Shown here: positions 27,101 through 37,788 of the stretch, piece after piece
Numbering within the stretch: position 1 is the first letter of the stretch
How the letters are laid out: every line of letters begins with the position of its first letter
Translations under genes and position numbers: made by a program
From: Perna viridis
Taxonomy: Eukaryota
DNA: 64,000 bases
Direction of reading: 5' to 3'
Assembly: GCA_037379345.1 (NCBI GenBank)
Contig: CM074511.1
Location: 15,314,001-15,378,000, forward strand
The notes under the pieces: model-generated
The model's input: only the letters and a program-made list of their open reading frames with translations
The model's database searches: none
What the model was told of the DNA's origin: nothing

Positions 27101-30100
27101 AAAAATTTGCCATTCACTAGTTAAGGAATGAGGAATACTTTAAAGGAGGATATGGAAACATTGAGTTCTTCAGTGCAGTTGCTTTATAAATGATGCAAAA
27201 TGTCCTTCAGAAAGTCAAACGTTTAGTTACATCAACCAAACACAGTAAATTGAAAAGAATGAAAAAACTATGCTTAACTAACAACTAGTTAACCTTAGTT
27301 CTATGCAATCTTTATTCCATTTCAGTTCTGTTCAGTTTATGTTTAGTCTGTGCAGTCTTGTCTCAGCTTTGAATTTTGTGTTATTTTTTGGTCCGTACAG
27401 GTTGGTCTCAACCTTGAATGCTATGTTGTTGTTCAGTCTGTGCAGGCTGGTCTCATCTTTGAATTCTATGTTGTTTTTAAGTCTGTACAGACTGGTCTCA
27501 ACTTTGAATTCTATGTTGTTTTTAAGTCTGTACAGACTGGTCTCAACTTTGAATTCTGTGTTTTGTGTCAACTGAATTCTATGTTATTTTTCAGTCTGTT
27601 CAAGCTGGTCTCAACTTTGCTAGTGAGGATGAGGCAATTAAATTCAAAAATGCTGTGGAGCAAAAACTACTGGAGAGACACCAGAAGAAATTAGGTAGGT
27701 TGTATGTTGTAAAATAAGATTTTAAAAAATCCCTGGTGGGGATAAACATGTAACATAAAAAAAATTGTGATACTAAGATAAAACTTGATGGAATTTTTTT
27801 TTAATTTTCTAATTTTTATTAAATATTTGAATAATAAAAATACTTTTTGTACTTGAAGATCTGGTTTACTGGTTACAATACTTGTTCTTTAAAGTATTTG
27901 TATTGTTTGAATAGATTTTCTTTGTTTCTATTTATAGAGAGAAAGAGACAGCACACGACAGTACACCATGGTTCCCAAAGCCAAGCCAGTTCTCCAGTTG
28001 TCAACTGTAAGTACCACAGTATTTATCAACATGTTGGTATTCAAGTCACTGCCTACAAAATTACTATTATATTGAAAATGCTTTATTAATCATTTTGTTT
28101 TCCTTGTCTTTGATTTGTCAGTTTGTGATGGCACTGTAAATACAAATATCCATGTGTCATTGTAGTTCAATGAAATTTTAACTCTGCAAAGTGTTTTATA
28201 GGAATTCCATGAAATTCATATGAAATCACAAAAAAATTTCATCAATCAATATCCAACAACAAAAAATTGAATTAATCTATTCATAAGAAAACATAGAGAT
28301 CAACAAAATGTTCAGTGACGCTGTTTCCCAATTCATTGAAAACTAAATTTTTTTATCTTTTTTCCTAACTTTTAGCTGCCCCAGCCCAGGCTCCTGTGGT
28401 TAACATTGATATCAAATCATCAACAAACACAGTTGGGAAGAGTAAAAGCAAGGGGAAAGACAAGAAGAAGAAGTTAACTAAGGATGATATCAGTACTCCA
28501 ACAGCCTTTAGACATGTCAGTCATGTAGGATGGGATCCTACAAAGGGATTTGATGTAAGATAAATAATTCATACATTTCAATATCAGTTGAGTTGTGGAA
28601 ACAGCAGTATAAACCATATCAATTATAAAAACCAAAACAATAAACAAAATAAAGTGACTCTAATCATTGTATTACATATCTATTAGATACTAGTACCTGT
28701 AGTTTAATGTACTACTAGTTCATCAAGTTGGTATGTAGATCCTCGACAATACATTGATGGATTGATAGAATTACTTGCTCTTCAGGACAATTCCCCAGTT
28801 GTATTCTTCCAGATTCACAATACCTTAACCATGGAATTTTTGTCTTTTATGATATCCAGTCTGGTTCTTAGTTGAACTGGAGTTATCATTTTTGTCCACT
28901 TTAAAGTGGAATTCTCATTTTAAAGCCACATTTTATCCTTACAACTCTATATTTAGTGGAAACATTATTGTTAATTTTGCTTTTTTATTGTGTTTGTTTG
29001 CCTGCTACAGTTCTGTTGTGTTGATAAATCTTTGATTGGCTAAGATTTAAAACTATGGGATACTATCAAGAAGAGTCTTAATGTGTTTAAACATCTTACC
29101 ACTATCTTATAAATTTATTTTACTGTCTTTATTAGATGAATAACTTAGACAATGATATGAAGTCTTTGTTTGAACAAGTTGGTATCACCAATACTACTGA
29201 TGTTGATAAAGAGACTGTTGACTTCATCTATGACTTTGTAGAACAACATGGAGGAATAGATAAAATCAAGGAGGAGATGAAAAAAAGACCTCCACCCCCT
29301 CCTAGTTTTAGTGGTATGTCAATTCTCAAATAGATCATGGTTTGAATTTTATTTTTCAGATCTTAAGTATGGTGTGTTTAAGTTTTAGCTTAAGTTTTGA
29401 TATTATTTAACAGAATTTACTTGGACCAATAGTTCTTTTATCTCCAATTGTCCATTTTTGGTCTCTATCAATAACCTTTATGCTGTTAGTATCATGTGAC
29501 TTTATTATGATAATATTTTAACACTTGCTTTTTGGTTTACGCCATTGAAAATCTTAGTGAACAGTAAACCATATGTAAATCAAATACTTACCATTACATT
29601 TGAACTATTTAGGACCACCAGCACCACCCCCATCACGAAATACAGGACCTCCACCAGCTCCTCTAAGCAGAGCAGGTCCAGCTCCCCCTCAAAGAGGTGG
29701 TCCACCGCCACCACCTCCCAGCAGGTCAGCACAACCACCTCCAACACCAGCCAGATCAATTGGGTCACCACCTGCCCCTCCATCTTTTACTGCTCCAGCC
29801 CCACCTCCTCAGTCAGCTAAAGCTCCACCTCCCCCAGCGCCTACTCCAGGAGTCCCACCTCCTCCGCCTCCTCCAGCTCCACCTGCTGCTCCTCCTCCAC
29901 CACCAGCAGCACCTTTAGCACCAGCAGCCCCCTCTGGTGTACCTGCAACAGGAGCTGGAAGAGGAGCTTTATTGGACTCAATTCGAGCTGGAACTACGCT
30001 TAAACACAACACTGAAGAAAATAGGAGTAGTGGAAGTAGTGGTGGAGGGGATGCTAGGTCAAATTTGATGGATGCTATCAGGTCTGGAAAACAACTGAAA

Positions 30101-31334
30101 GCTGTGAGTATTGATAGACAATGACCTCAGGTTTATTACTACCCTTTAAATTGTTCATTTGATTTGGTCAGCATGTTATGTAATCTATGAAATTTCAATT
30201 TTTGAACTGAATCTAAAAATAGTTTTTAATGTGTTTAGAAAAATTAGCACTGGTCTGTAAGCATACTTGAATAGATATAAGTATGACATGTTGTATTAGG
30301 GGAGATAATTGATTGAATTTAATAGCAGAGGAGGCCCCAGTTTCATTTTATCAATAAAACTTGTTCTGTTGGAATTTATACCAATTTTCCTCAAAATGAA
30401 AATAAAAAATCTGCCCACAACAAACAATTAAAAAGTGGTTTACAATGGCAGTTTTTTTTTAATTTGATATTTAAAAACAACTTCTGGTACTCTCTATTTA
30501 TTTCAGATTTGAAAACAAATTTAAAAAGAAAACTTTTTTCTATCTGCCATTTTGATTGCTGTAAAGTAGTGTTCTTATTTCTACATAACAGACATGATTT
30601 TCTTCTGAAAAGTCAACAAAAAATTCTAAATTTTCATGGAATTATACGCAATAGTATGAAACCACCTTACAGCTACAACAACTAAAATTTTGATTGTAAG
30701 AGTTTGCCACTGCTCACATTTTCTTCTTTTTTGACCAGGTTGAGAAAGATGAGAAACCTGAAGCAGAGCCTGGACAGGAAGGAGGTATTGTAGGAGCTCT
30801 GGCTATGGCTCTAGCTAATAGACAGAAACAGTTACAAATGACTGGTAAGTCTAAATTATGATACTTAAATGTAGGTATTAGCTTATATTATAACAAATAC
30901 TGCTAGTATCTATTTGAGGAATTTTAACATGAAATTGCAAAATACACACAAACTGTTACATACATCATAGTATGCCCTTCATCAGATTAAAAAAGAAATG
31001 ATTTTTGGGGAGTATTTTAATATTGAAAATCTTGTCATTAAAGAAACTCTAAAAACAAAATAATGGGGAACTGATGCTCTTAACTTAAGATGTCATCAGT
31101 TATAAAGTAAAAACATTAATGACATAGTAACTGTTACAAATGTACAAAGATAAGCAATTTAAAATAACCCTAGTTTCAGCTTATTAAGTATTTCTTCTTT
31201 ATGTAGAATGTCATTTTAACCAACTGAGCGGAAGGGATAAGACATTATTTGGTAAGAGTGACAATTTTTTTATTTTAGATGATGAAGATGAAGATGATGA
31301 TGAATTAGACGATGAAGATGAATGGGATGATTAA
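18032..31334 (+). CDS. WASL: Neural Wiskott-Aldrich syndrome protein-like (N-WASP/WASP), 10 coding exons, 1503 nt, 500 aa
   Basis: Exons 18032-18127, 20471-20611, 26776-26862, 27595-27694, 27938-28006, 28376-28554, 29136-29313, 29613-30103, 30739-30844 and 31279-31334 join in frame with GT-AG sites. Domains: WH1 ([24 protein letters not shown]), basic KKKK, CRIB ([18 protein letters not shown]), IYDF tyrosine, polyproline, two WH2, connector [10 protein letters not shown], acidic tail DEDEWDD*. Confidence 0.95.
18204..18844. mobile_element. MITE with 133-bp terminal inverted repeats, TA-flanked (Tc1/mariner-like), in WASP intron 1
   Basis: 18204-18336 is the reverse complement of 18712-18844 with 3 mismatches; TA dinucleotides at both ends; non-coding CpG-rich core. 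Confidence 0.88.
19467..19843. mobile_element. Degenerate MITE-like element
   Basis: Ends TAGGGGTGTAACAATAC ... ATATCGTTTACCCTA are imperfect inverted repeats with repeated CGATA/CAATA subterminal motifs. Confidence 0.4.
20471..20611 (+). CDS. WASL: WASP exon 2 (WH1)
   Basis: ttcacag|[10 protein letters not shown]...[23 protein letters not shown]|gttagt. Confidence 0.95.
21825..21883. repeat. Near-perfect palindrome/hairpin (~25-bp arms)
   Basis: ATTTTTCACCTTCTCCACATTTTAA ... TTAAAATGTGGAGAAAGTGAAAAAT. Confidence 0.8.
24191..24779 (+). mobile_element. Helentron-associated non-autonomous element (HINE/DINE-1-like)
   Basis: 5' TTTTTAGCTCACGTG subTIR, CGTC-type microsatellite, 3' CAGGTGAGC subTIR (24744-24752), terminal stem-loop AGGCTCCTGGGAGCCT (24758-24773), T-rich insertion site. 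Confidence 0.75.
24792..25520 (+). mobile_element. Second, more degenerate HINE-like element with two internal ~160-bp units
   Basis: TTATATGACCACAAAAAATTTG start, GTC microsatellite, repeated ATTGATTTT(T)GGG...GGGCCAAAA units at ~24955 and ~25114. Confidence 0.5.
26776..26862 (+). CDS. WASL: WASP exon 3 (WH1)
   Basis: ttgcag|[29 protein letters not shown]|gtatgt. Confidence 0.95.
27331..27618 (+). repeat. 45-bp minisatellite overlapping the WASP exon 4 acceptor
   Basis: GAATTCTATGTTGTTTTTAAGTCTGTACAGACTGGTCTCAACTTT units at 27371, 27416, 27461, 27506, a partial unit at 27551, and the functional copy at 27574. Confidence 0.92.
27595..27694 (+). CDS. WASL: WASP exon 4 (WH1 end)
   Basis: ttttcag|[34 protein letters not shown]|gtaggt. 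Confidence 0.92.
27938..28006 (+). CDS. WASL: WASP exon 5
   Basis: tttatag|(E)[23 protein letters not shown]|gtaagt; phase 1-1. Confidence 0.82.
28376..28554 (+). CDS. WASL: WASP exon 6 (basic region + CRIB)
   Basis: ttttag|...[35 protein letters not shown]|gtaaga. Confidence 0.95.
29136..29313 (+). CDS. WASL: WASP exon 7 (GBD C-terminal part)
   Basis: attag|[17 protein letters not shown]...[15 protein letters not shown]...PPPPPSFS G|gtatgt. Confidence 0.95.
29613..30103 (+). CDS. WASL: WASP exon 8 (polyproline + two WH2)
   Basis: tttag|GPPAPPP...[17 protein letters not shown]...[17 protein letters not shown]|gtgagt. Confidence 0.95.
30739..30844 (+). CDS. WASL: WASP exon 9 (connector)
   Basis: gaccag|[36 protein letters not shown]|gtaagt. 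Confidence 0.93.
31279..31334 (+). CDS. WASL: WASP exon 10 (acidic tail, stop)
   Basis: ttttag|[21 protein letters not shown]. Confidence 0.95.
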
Positions 31335-31565
31335 AGTAAAAGGGGATAAAATGTTAAACCATCAGAAACAGTTCATGAAAAAGAATTTAAGTTACTTCTA
31401 TAGTGTAAATGTTTGATTAGTCTGAAGTTATTAGAGATAAATATGGTGCATGTGATATTTCAGAAACATATAAAGCTTGTGCTTACATAAAACAATTTAT
31501 ATTATTAATTCACAAAATGTTTTGTTTAACAATTTTTATTTACATTGCTTTATGTAAGTTTTTGA

Positions 31566-31738
31566 CCTCTCTTTCATTAGCACTCATTCATGTCCTGATA
31601 TGGTTATGGCCTCTCTTTCATTAGCTCTCATTCATGTCCTGATATGGTTATAGCCTCTCTTTCATTGGCTCTCATTCATGTCCTGATATGGTTATGGCCT
31701 CTTTTTCATTGGCTGTCATTCATGTCCTGATATGGTTA
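31566..31738 (+). repeat. 44-bp tandem repeat x4 in presumptive WASP 3' UTR
   Basis: CCTCTCTTTCATTAGCTCTCATTCATGTCCTGATATGGTTATGG units at 31566, 31610, 31654 and 31698. Confidence 0.92.
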
Positions 31739-32715
31739 CTAGGATATAGATGTAATTTTGCTAAAGTTAATTTAAACAGTATATTTAGACTCTAGATTTG
31801 TTTACTATTAGACTACAAAAAATACTGGTTAAAGCCTAAATACTTTTGAGTTAGAATTGTTAAAATATTCAACATCTAGACAGATGTTAACAAAATATTC
31901 TGGGTGTCAAGTACATTGTATATGCTCTTTTTTTCTTTCTTGGTTTTTGTTCTTCATTTTATGAATATTATATATTTATTTATATTTGTTTCATTCCTTT
32001 TTGTGGCATGAACAGTTCAACATTCCCTATTCATCAACATCCTTAATTCTTATTCCTTATTATAATGCTGCCAGTAGTACTATAGCTCAATTGCTTCAAT
32101 GAAATTCCTGCATGATGTTTTTGAGCTTTCCTGACTGTCTGTTAATACAATGGTATTTCCAGATAAGAATTGAATTATTCATAATATTGATATCAATGAT
32201 GATACAAGATATCAATCATACTTGTGAGTCAAAAATTTTGATTTTGACATATTGGTAAAAAAAATATTAAGTCATGTTTTCCATTTTACTTTAAATTATT
32301 CTGATTATCTTTCAGTGGGTCTGTTAAAAAATGCACATTAATGTTTGCATTTTTGCTCCATATTTTAAGTGCATTTTCATATGTATTTTTGCATTATTAT
32401 GACAAAATCTACATGTTTACTTAGATATTTTATCACAGTAGTTATGATACATAAACAAGCAAGGGTATAATAAAAACACAGAAAACTAGCTCTAATACTT
32501 TTAACTTATTCTTCATTATGTCTTTTTTAACTTTAACACATATATTTGGTGTTATATTATACTTAAGCATCTAAGTTCATCAAAATTTTTTAGGGATTTT
32601 AGTCGATTCATGTCTTGCAATATCTGTCTTCAATAATTGTCGTACTTTGATTATTTCTCATCATATTGTAGTCGGCAAGTATAATGTATTGATTTAATTA
32701 CATTTTTTCTAATCT

Positions 32716-32721
32716 AATAAA
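32716..32721 (+). terminator. Candidate WASP polyadenylation signal
   Basis: AATAAA ~1.4 kb after the stop, followed by a T/GT-rich tract; not verified. Confidence 0.35.
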
Positions 32722-32812
32722 ATATATTTTTTCTATGTTTTTATTTGTTAGTGATTCTAAGGGGCACACAATCTGGAGTTCATACTTCAATAGTATGTTT
32801 CTATTCCTCTTC

Positions 32813-32866
32813 TTAGCTCACGAGCTATTGCCATCACTTGGTGTCTGTCATCATTGTCGTTAACAA
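32813..32866 (+). mobile_element. 5' fragment of the HINE-like family at 24191
   Basis: TTAGCTCAC..GCTATTGCCATCACTTGG.GTCTG shared with 24194-24245. Confidence 0.65.
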
Positions 32867-33552
32867 TTCAGTCTCTTTAAAGCCTCTAGTTTTATATATA
32901 TATATGTTTTATTATTATTATAGTGCAACCTGATTTATCATTCTATACAACCAGGAATTCAATTACAGTCATCCACCTTCAAAGGCTTATGATGCACTTT
33001 CTTATTGTAAACAATATTGATTAAGAGCACAGTGAAATTATCTTAAGTAGAATTTTATCCTGTCTAAATTGTAATATAAAAAAAGCAATATTAATAACAG
33101 TTTGTAACTTGCAATGATTTGGTTCTTAATAAATAGATTTTGATACAAATTTGAGGTCAATACTTACCAAAAGTTTTAGTATATCAATGTCCGATAAATT
33201 ATACATATCACAGTTATTTCAAAGTTCAAAGTTTCTGAGCATAGTTTCTCGCTGTCCAGAATACTGTTAACATTTCAACATAAAATGTGTTTTGCCTTTC
33301 ATGTCTACACACTTTACATACCAGTAGTCACTTCTCTAATGGCACACCACAATATCATCCTTTCTCCAATTCCAAAGGGTACACACCACATCTCATACTG
33401 ATCTGAGATCTGTTTTTTCATGCAATGTTCTGTTTATAAGCTGGTCACAAATAAGGAATTCATTAGGTATTTGCCCATTTCCAGTTCATATGTTTTTTTT
33501 GTAGTAGAGCTTTCAGTATTAAAAGATTTGTACTTAAATCAGTTTAGTTTGA

Positions 33553-34292
33553 TTGTTATGCCAAAATGAAAGCTAGACTGTGCCCTCTTGGGTTTGTTAT
33601 GCCACAATGAAAGCTAGACTGCCCTCTTGGGTTTGTTATGCCACAATGAAAGCTAGACTGTGCCCTCTTGTGTTGGTTACGTCACAAGGAAAGCTAGACT
33701 GTGGCCTCTTGGGTTTGTTATTCCAAAATGAAAGCTAGACTGTGCCCTCTTGTGTTTGTTATGCCAAAATGAAAGCTAGACTGTGCCCTCTTGGGTTTGT
33801 TATGCCAAAATGAAAGCTAGACTGTGCCCTCTTGTGTTTGTTATGCCACAATGAAAGCTAGACTGTGCCCTCTTGTGTTTGTTACGCCACAATGAAAGCT
33901 AGACTGTGCCCTCATGGGTTTGTTATGTCACAAGGAAAGCTAGACTGTGGCCTCTTGGGTTGGTTATGTCACAAGGAAAGCTAGACTGTGCCCTCTTGAG
34001 TTTGTTATGCCAATATGAAAGCTAGACTGTGCCCTCTTGAGTTTGTTATGCCACAATGAAAGCTAGACTGTACCCTCTTGTGTTTGTTATGCCACAATGA
34101 AAGTTAGACTGCCCTCTTGGGTATGTTATGCCACAATGAAAGCTTGACTGTGCCCTCATGGGTTTGTTATGCCAAAATGAAAGCTAGACTGTGCCCTCTT
34201 GAGTTTGCTATGCCACAATGAAAGCTAGACCGTGCCCTCTTTTATTTTGTTATGCCACAATGAAACCTAGACTGTGCCCTCTTGTGTTTGTT
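33553..34292. repeat. 41-bp minisatellite, ~18 copies
   Basis: TTGTTATGCCACAATGAAAGCTAGACTGTGCCCTCTTGGGT repeated head-to-tail with no unique spacers. Confidence 0.95.
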
Positions 34293-34527
34293 CAGAAAAT
34301 ACAATATTACCTTTTTATCTTGTGGTGCATATTATCCACACTTTATACATATATCAAGACATGTTATCACTTTAAAGTACTAGTCCCCCTTAGCAAGCTG
34401 TTCTAAAATAATCTGAAGTAATATATTACTAAAGCATGTCAGACCAGTTACACTTATGATCTGCATACTGTTCATTTTTTTCAAAATCTAGGCAGCAGTA
34501 GGGGAGGTAAACATTATAAACATTATT

Positions 34528-34687
34528 AAAGAGTAATTAAGGGAAACAAGGTTATAGCGGTAATCAAAAGAAGGTAATCCAGGAACAAAAACCAGGCATG
34601 GAAAACAGACATACACAACAAGAACATAAAGTAACTAAAATCATACAAAGTAACAAAAGCAAATGAGCAACTCGAACTCCACTAAAA
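34528..34687 (-). mobile_element. 3'-terminal fragment of the Penelope-like element family
   Basis: Reverse complement closely matches ~39497-39663 and the copy at 47101. Confidence 0.85.
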
Positions 34688-34818
34688 AGATGTGAATTAT
34701 TACCACCAACCATGAAGTATGAAATAGTATGGTAATGAAACTTTAAAAGCAAAGATGTGAATTATTACCACCAACCATGAAGTATGAAATAGTATGGTAA
34801 TGAAACTTTAAAAGCAAA
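34686..34818. repeat. Perfect 65-bp direct duplication
   Basis: AAAGATGTGAATTATTACC...CTTTAAAAGC at 34686 and 34751. Confidence 0.92.
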
Positions 34819-35234
34819 AACCAACATCCAGCAGCAAATATTTTATTGTAGATTATTGAAGACTGGAAAATGGAAACTGACAAAATTTAAGAGTATTGTA
34901 TATAGCAATGAATAGTCCTCAAGCAGCTGTGAAATGGAAACAAAGGACCTATAATTGACAAAGGTAAGTAGTATTAGTAATTTATCTGTTCAAAGAAAGT
35001 TACATGTATAACTTTCGGAGATACAGTCAAATCACAACAATTAAACTAATTATAACCTGTCAATGTCTAGTGGAAGCAATTAAAATAAAAATTACTATGT
35101 TTAACGTCTGAAATTTATTGAAATGATGCAGAAAAAACTTTAACTTAATCTGTGACCCATAAAGCAAAAAACATATATCAGGAAGCATTCAGGAGAAAAG
35201 CAGAGAAAGATGTAATTTCCAAGAAAATTATTGA

Positions 35235-35757
35235 TTGGTTGATTGACTGATTGATTGATTGTTGAGGTTTAATGCCCGAGCAGCAGTATTTCAGCTATAT
35301 TCAGGCGATGAACATGAAATGGATGATAAAATGAACATGAAATGATGATGATGATGGAATAAGGGATAGGACACAAGGATAAATAAGGTCAACAAATTTT
35401 GATTGCCATGAGAAAAAGGAAGGGATGGGTAGGGTCGGGCAATTTGGCCTCCTGTGGCAGAGTGCAAAGGTTCCTTCTCCTATCGAATACCACAGCAGGG
35501 TTCTTTACCGTGCAAGGAACGTGGCATCTTTCCCAACACAGTGCACCACTATGGTTTGCGGTCAGGTTTTCCGAGCAACCCCAGAATGTAACACACCAGG
35601 GGTACCCCATTCCACCACCTAGGGCACACAACCCAGTTGCTCTGTGGGCAGAGCGCCTTAGCCTCGGCTAGGGTTCTGAGCACTATTTAGTTGCCTTTTA
35701 CAACAAGCTTAGTGCTGCTGCAGGCCTATTTTTTTTACACCCGGACCTGTACATGGC
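35235..35757 (-). mobile_element. Full-length SINE-like retroposon with 13-bp TSD and (CAAT)n tail; MetaSINE-like core; no tRNA head
   Basis: TSD AGAAAATTATTGA at 35222-35234 and 35758-35770; minus-strand tail (CAAT)n; GCACGGTAAAGAACCC core at 35498-35513. Confidence 0.85.
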
Positions 35758-36589
35758 AGAAAATTATTGAGGACCAAGGCCTGCAATACCATAAAGGAAC
35801 CAAACTTAACCTTGATCTGTAGCCCATTGAGGTACACTCAGATATAAAAAATAATCTCAATATCTGCAAGCACTTACAAAAAAAGAGTCATTTTTATGAA
35901 TTTTACCAAGTCCCATAAAGTTGTCAAAAATCATTCAGATACACAGATTTACAAAGACTAGAGGCATTTGACCAGATGTAGACCCAATTTCAAAAATTGT
36001 TCAAACATTAGCAATTTCCATTAGAATCTGCAAAAAAAAATCATTCCCAAGTAAGTCAAAAATCAACTGGAGGAATAGTAACAAAATTAGCAATGAAAGT
36101 TGTTGAAATTTTTTGCTCTTAATTGAACACTTTGAGTTGGAACTTTCAAAGAAGGACCACTGCAACCATTACAATGGACTGGGATTTGTGTTCTGTGATT
36201 AAAGGCAAATACAGCAACTACAAGTGCAAGGTGGTCGGTATTGTACTTTTAGGTGAAAATGTACTTTTTTGTTTTTGGTTAAAATGTCATTAGGCAAGAA
36301 CCATTTTCTTATGGTGGGGGGCCTGGGATTTTTTTCAACAAAAAAAATATTAATTCAAATTTTGATTAAAAAAAAATAAAAATATTGAAAAGAGCTGAAA
36401 AAAATAAAACAATTCAGAATTTTCAAAAAAAAATTTGAAAAATCTGTAAAAAAAAGAAGAAGAGGAGGTAGAAGAAAATGAAAAAGAAGAAGAGTAAGAA
36501 GAAAATGGAAAAGAAGAAGATGATGAAAAAGAAGTGTGTTCAGTGCATTAAATATAGTTATTAAATTTACCATTTTTTTAGTTTATTTT

Positions 36590-36800
36590 CTATAGGGGTC
36601 CATGTTAGTCATGTTTTTTAGTTCTTTTTTGATTTTAGTTTTTTGTGTGCTTTATATGCGTTTGTATATATGCATGTAGGTTGTTTTATCTGATTTGGAG
36701 GCTACCGTTCATTGAAGATATGTAGGTCGCCTTAGGCTGTCGACTTTCCATTCCTGGTTTAGTGGTTGTCTCCTTGACATATTCCCGATTTCCATTCTTT
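36590..36800 (+). repeat. Degenerate retroposon 3'-end fragment nested in the TIR element
   Basis: GGGGTCCATGTTAGTC..T-rich..GGTTGTCTCCTTGACATATTCCCGATTTCCATTC resembles retro-element 3' ends seen in bivalves; family not confirmed. Confidence 0.35.
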
Positions 36801-37586
36801 TTATACCTTGGATTTGTTATCTCTTGATTATTTTCTGTTTCTTTTTTTTTTTTTTTTTGCACCTAGCCTTTGTAATATACTAAATGATTGTACCATAGAT
36901 TTAATGATTGGATTTGAACTGAACACAAAACCAATAAATACCAAACACAAAACCGAAAGAAAAAGAAAACACTTTAATATTTGAAAAGAAAAAACAAAAA
37001 AGTAGATCACATGTGATTTTGACTAGCAATGAAGGAAAATATTGTAAATGTCTAAAGCATAGTCTTCCAAGCAATGCTAGACAATGGCGGAACATGAACA
37101 TTTTTTTGAACATTTTCTTTATCTGTTGATTTTTTTACTAGGAAGCAGGAAATATTGTCTGCTTGAACTTTGTTTTGTTTTTCTGGTCTACCACTTTTTG
37201 AAACTGCTCGAGCTTTCCTCTTCTCTACTTTTTTCTTGTTTTTTTTTTTTGTGTTTTTCTTACAACCCCCTTTTCTCTAGCTGAAACACCAGACCTTTCA
37301 GTGATTTTTTCTTCATAATTATATGTTCAGCTTTATTATATTAAATAGTTAAGTTTAGCTAAGATGATTTTCACGTAGCTTTTACCTATGTTTTATTAAT
37401 ATCATTTTATACTCATTCATGTATACATATATTATGGTGTAATTTACATTATAGAACTATTACTATTGACGCTAAATATCTCTAGGGATCATTTGTTGTC
37501 ACTGTTCAAACCTGATATTCTCTGAAACAAAACAAAAATAATGCAAAAAGATGTTTGAGTATGTATTTACGTATGATTTTTTTCAG

Positions 37587-37788
37587 GTATTCCTTGCTTG
37601 CGATAACATACGGAAATGGAGGACATTTTAATTGCAACATGAAAATTCAAGGATCTTGGTATCTCTATGATGGTCTAAGGGAGTACCATAGTGCAGGAAC
37701 TGGCCGACAGAAACTATGCTCACCAAAACCAAGACAAGGCTATAGACAAAATTATGTTTTATATTACCGTAATAAAATATCACCTTGA
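37587..37788 (+). pseudogene. Terminal exon encoding a USP (C19)-like cysteine protease His-box fragment, inside the TIR element
   Basis: ttttttcag| then YSLLAITYGNGGHFNCNMKIQGSWYLYDGL...NYVLYYR..* matches the USP pattern YxLxAV..GH[YF]..WxxxD[D/G]..AYxLxYxR. Confidence 0.55.

Noticed and set aside
27303-27694. Overlapping repetitive ORFs of 79-114 aa on both strands
   Set aside because: They are by-products of the 45-bp stop-free repeat; only 27595-27694 is real WASP coding sequence, in a different frame.
29545-30012. Alternative-frame and antisense ORFs over the polyproline exon
   Set aside because: Shadows of the C-rich WASP exon 8.
33553-34292. Regular ~41-bp repeats that superficially resemble a CRISPR array
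   Set aside because: Units are head-to-tail with no unique spacers, there are no cas genes, and the context is eukaryotic: it is a minisatellite.
35389-35671. Three GC-rich ORFs of 65-90 aa
   Set aside because: They lie inside the TSD-bounded SINE-like element and have no protein motifs.
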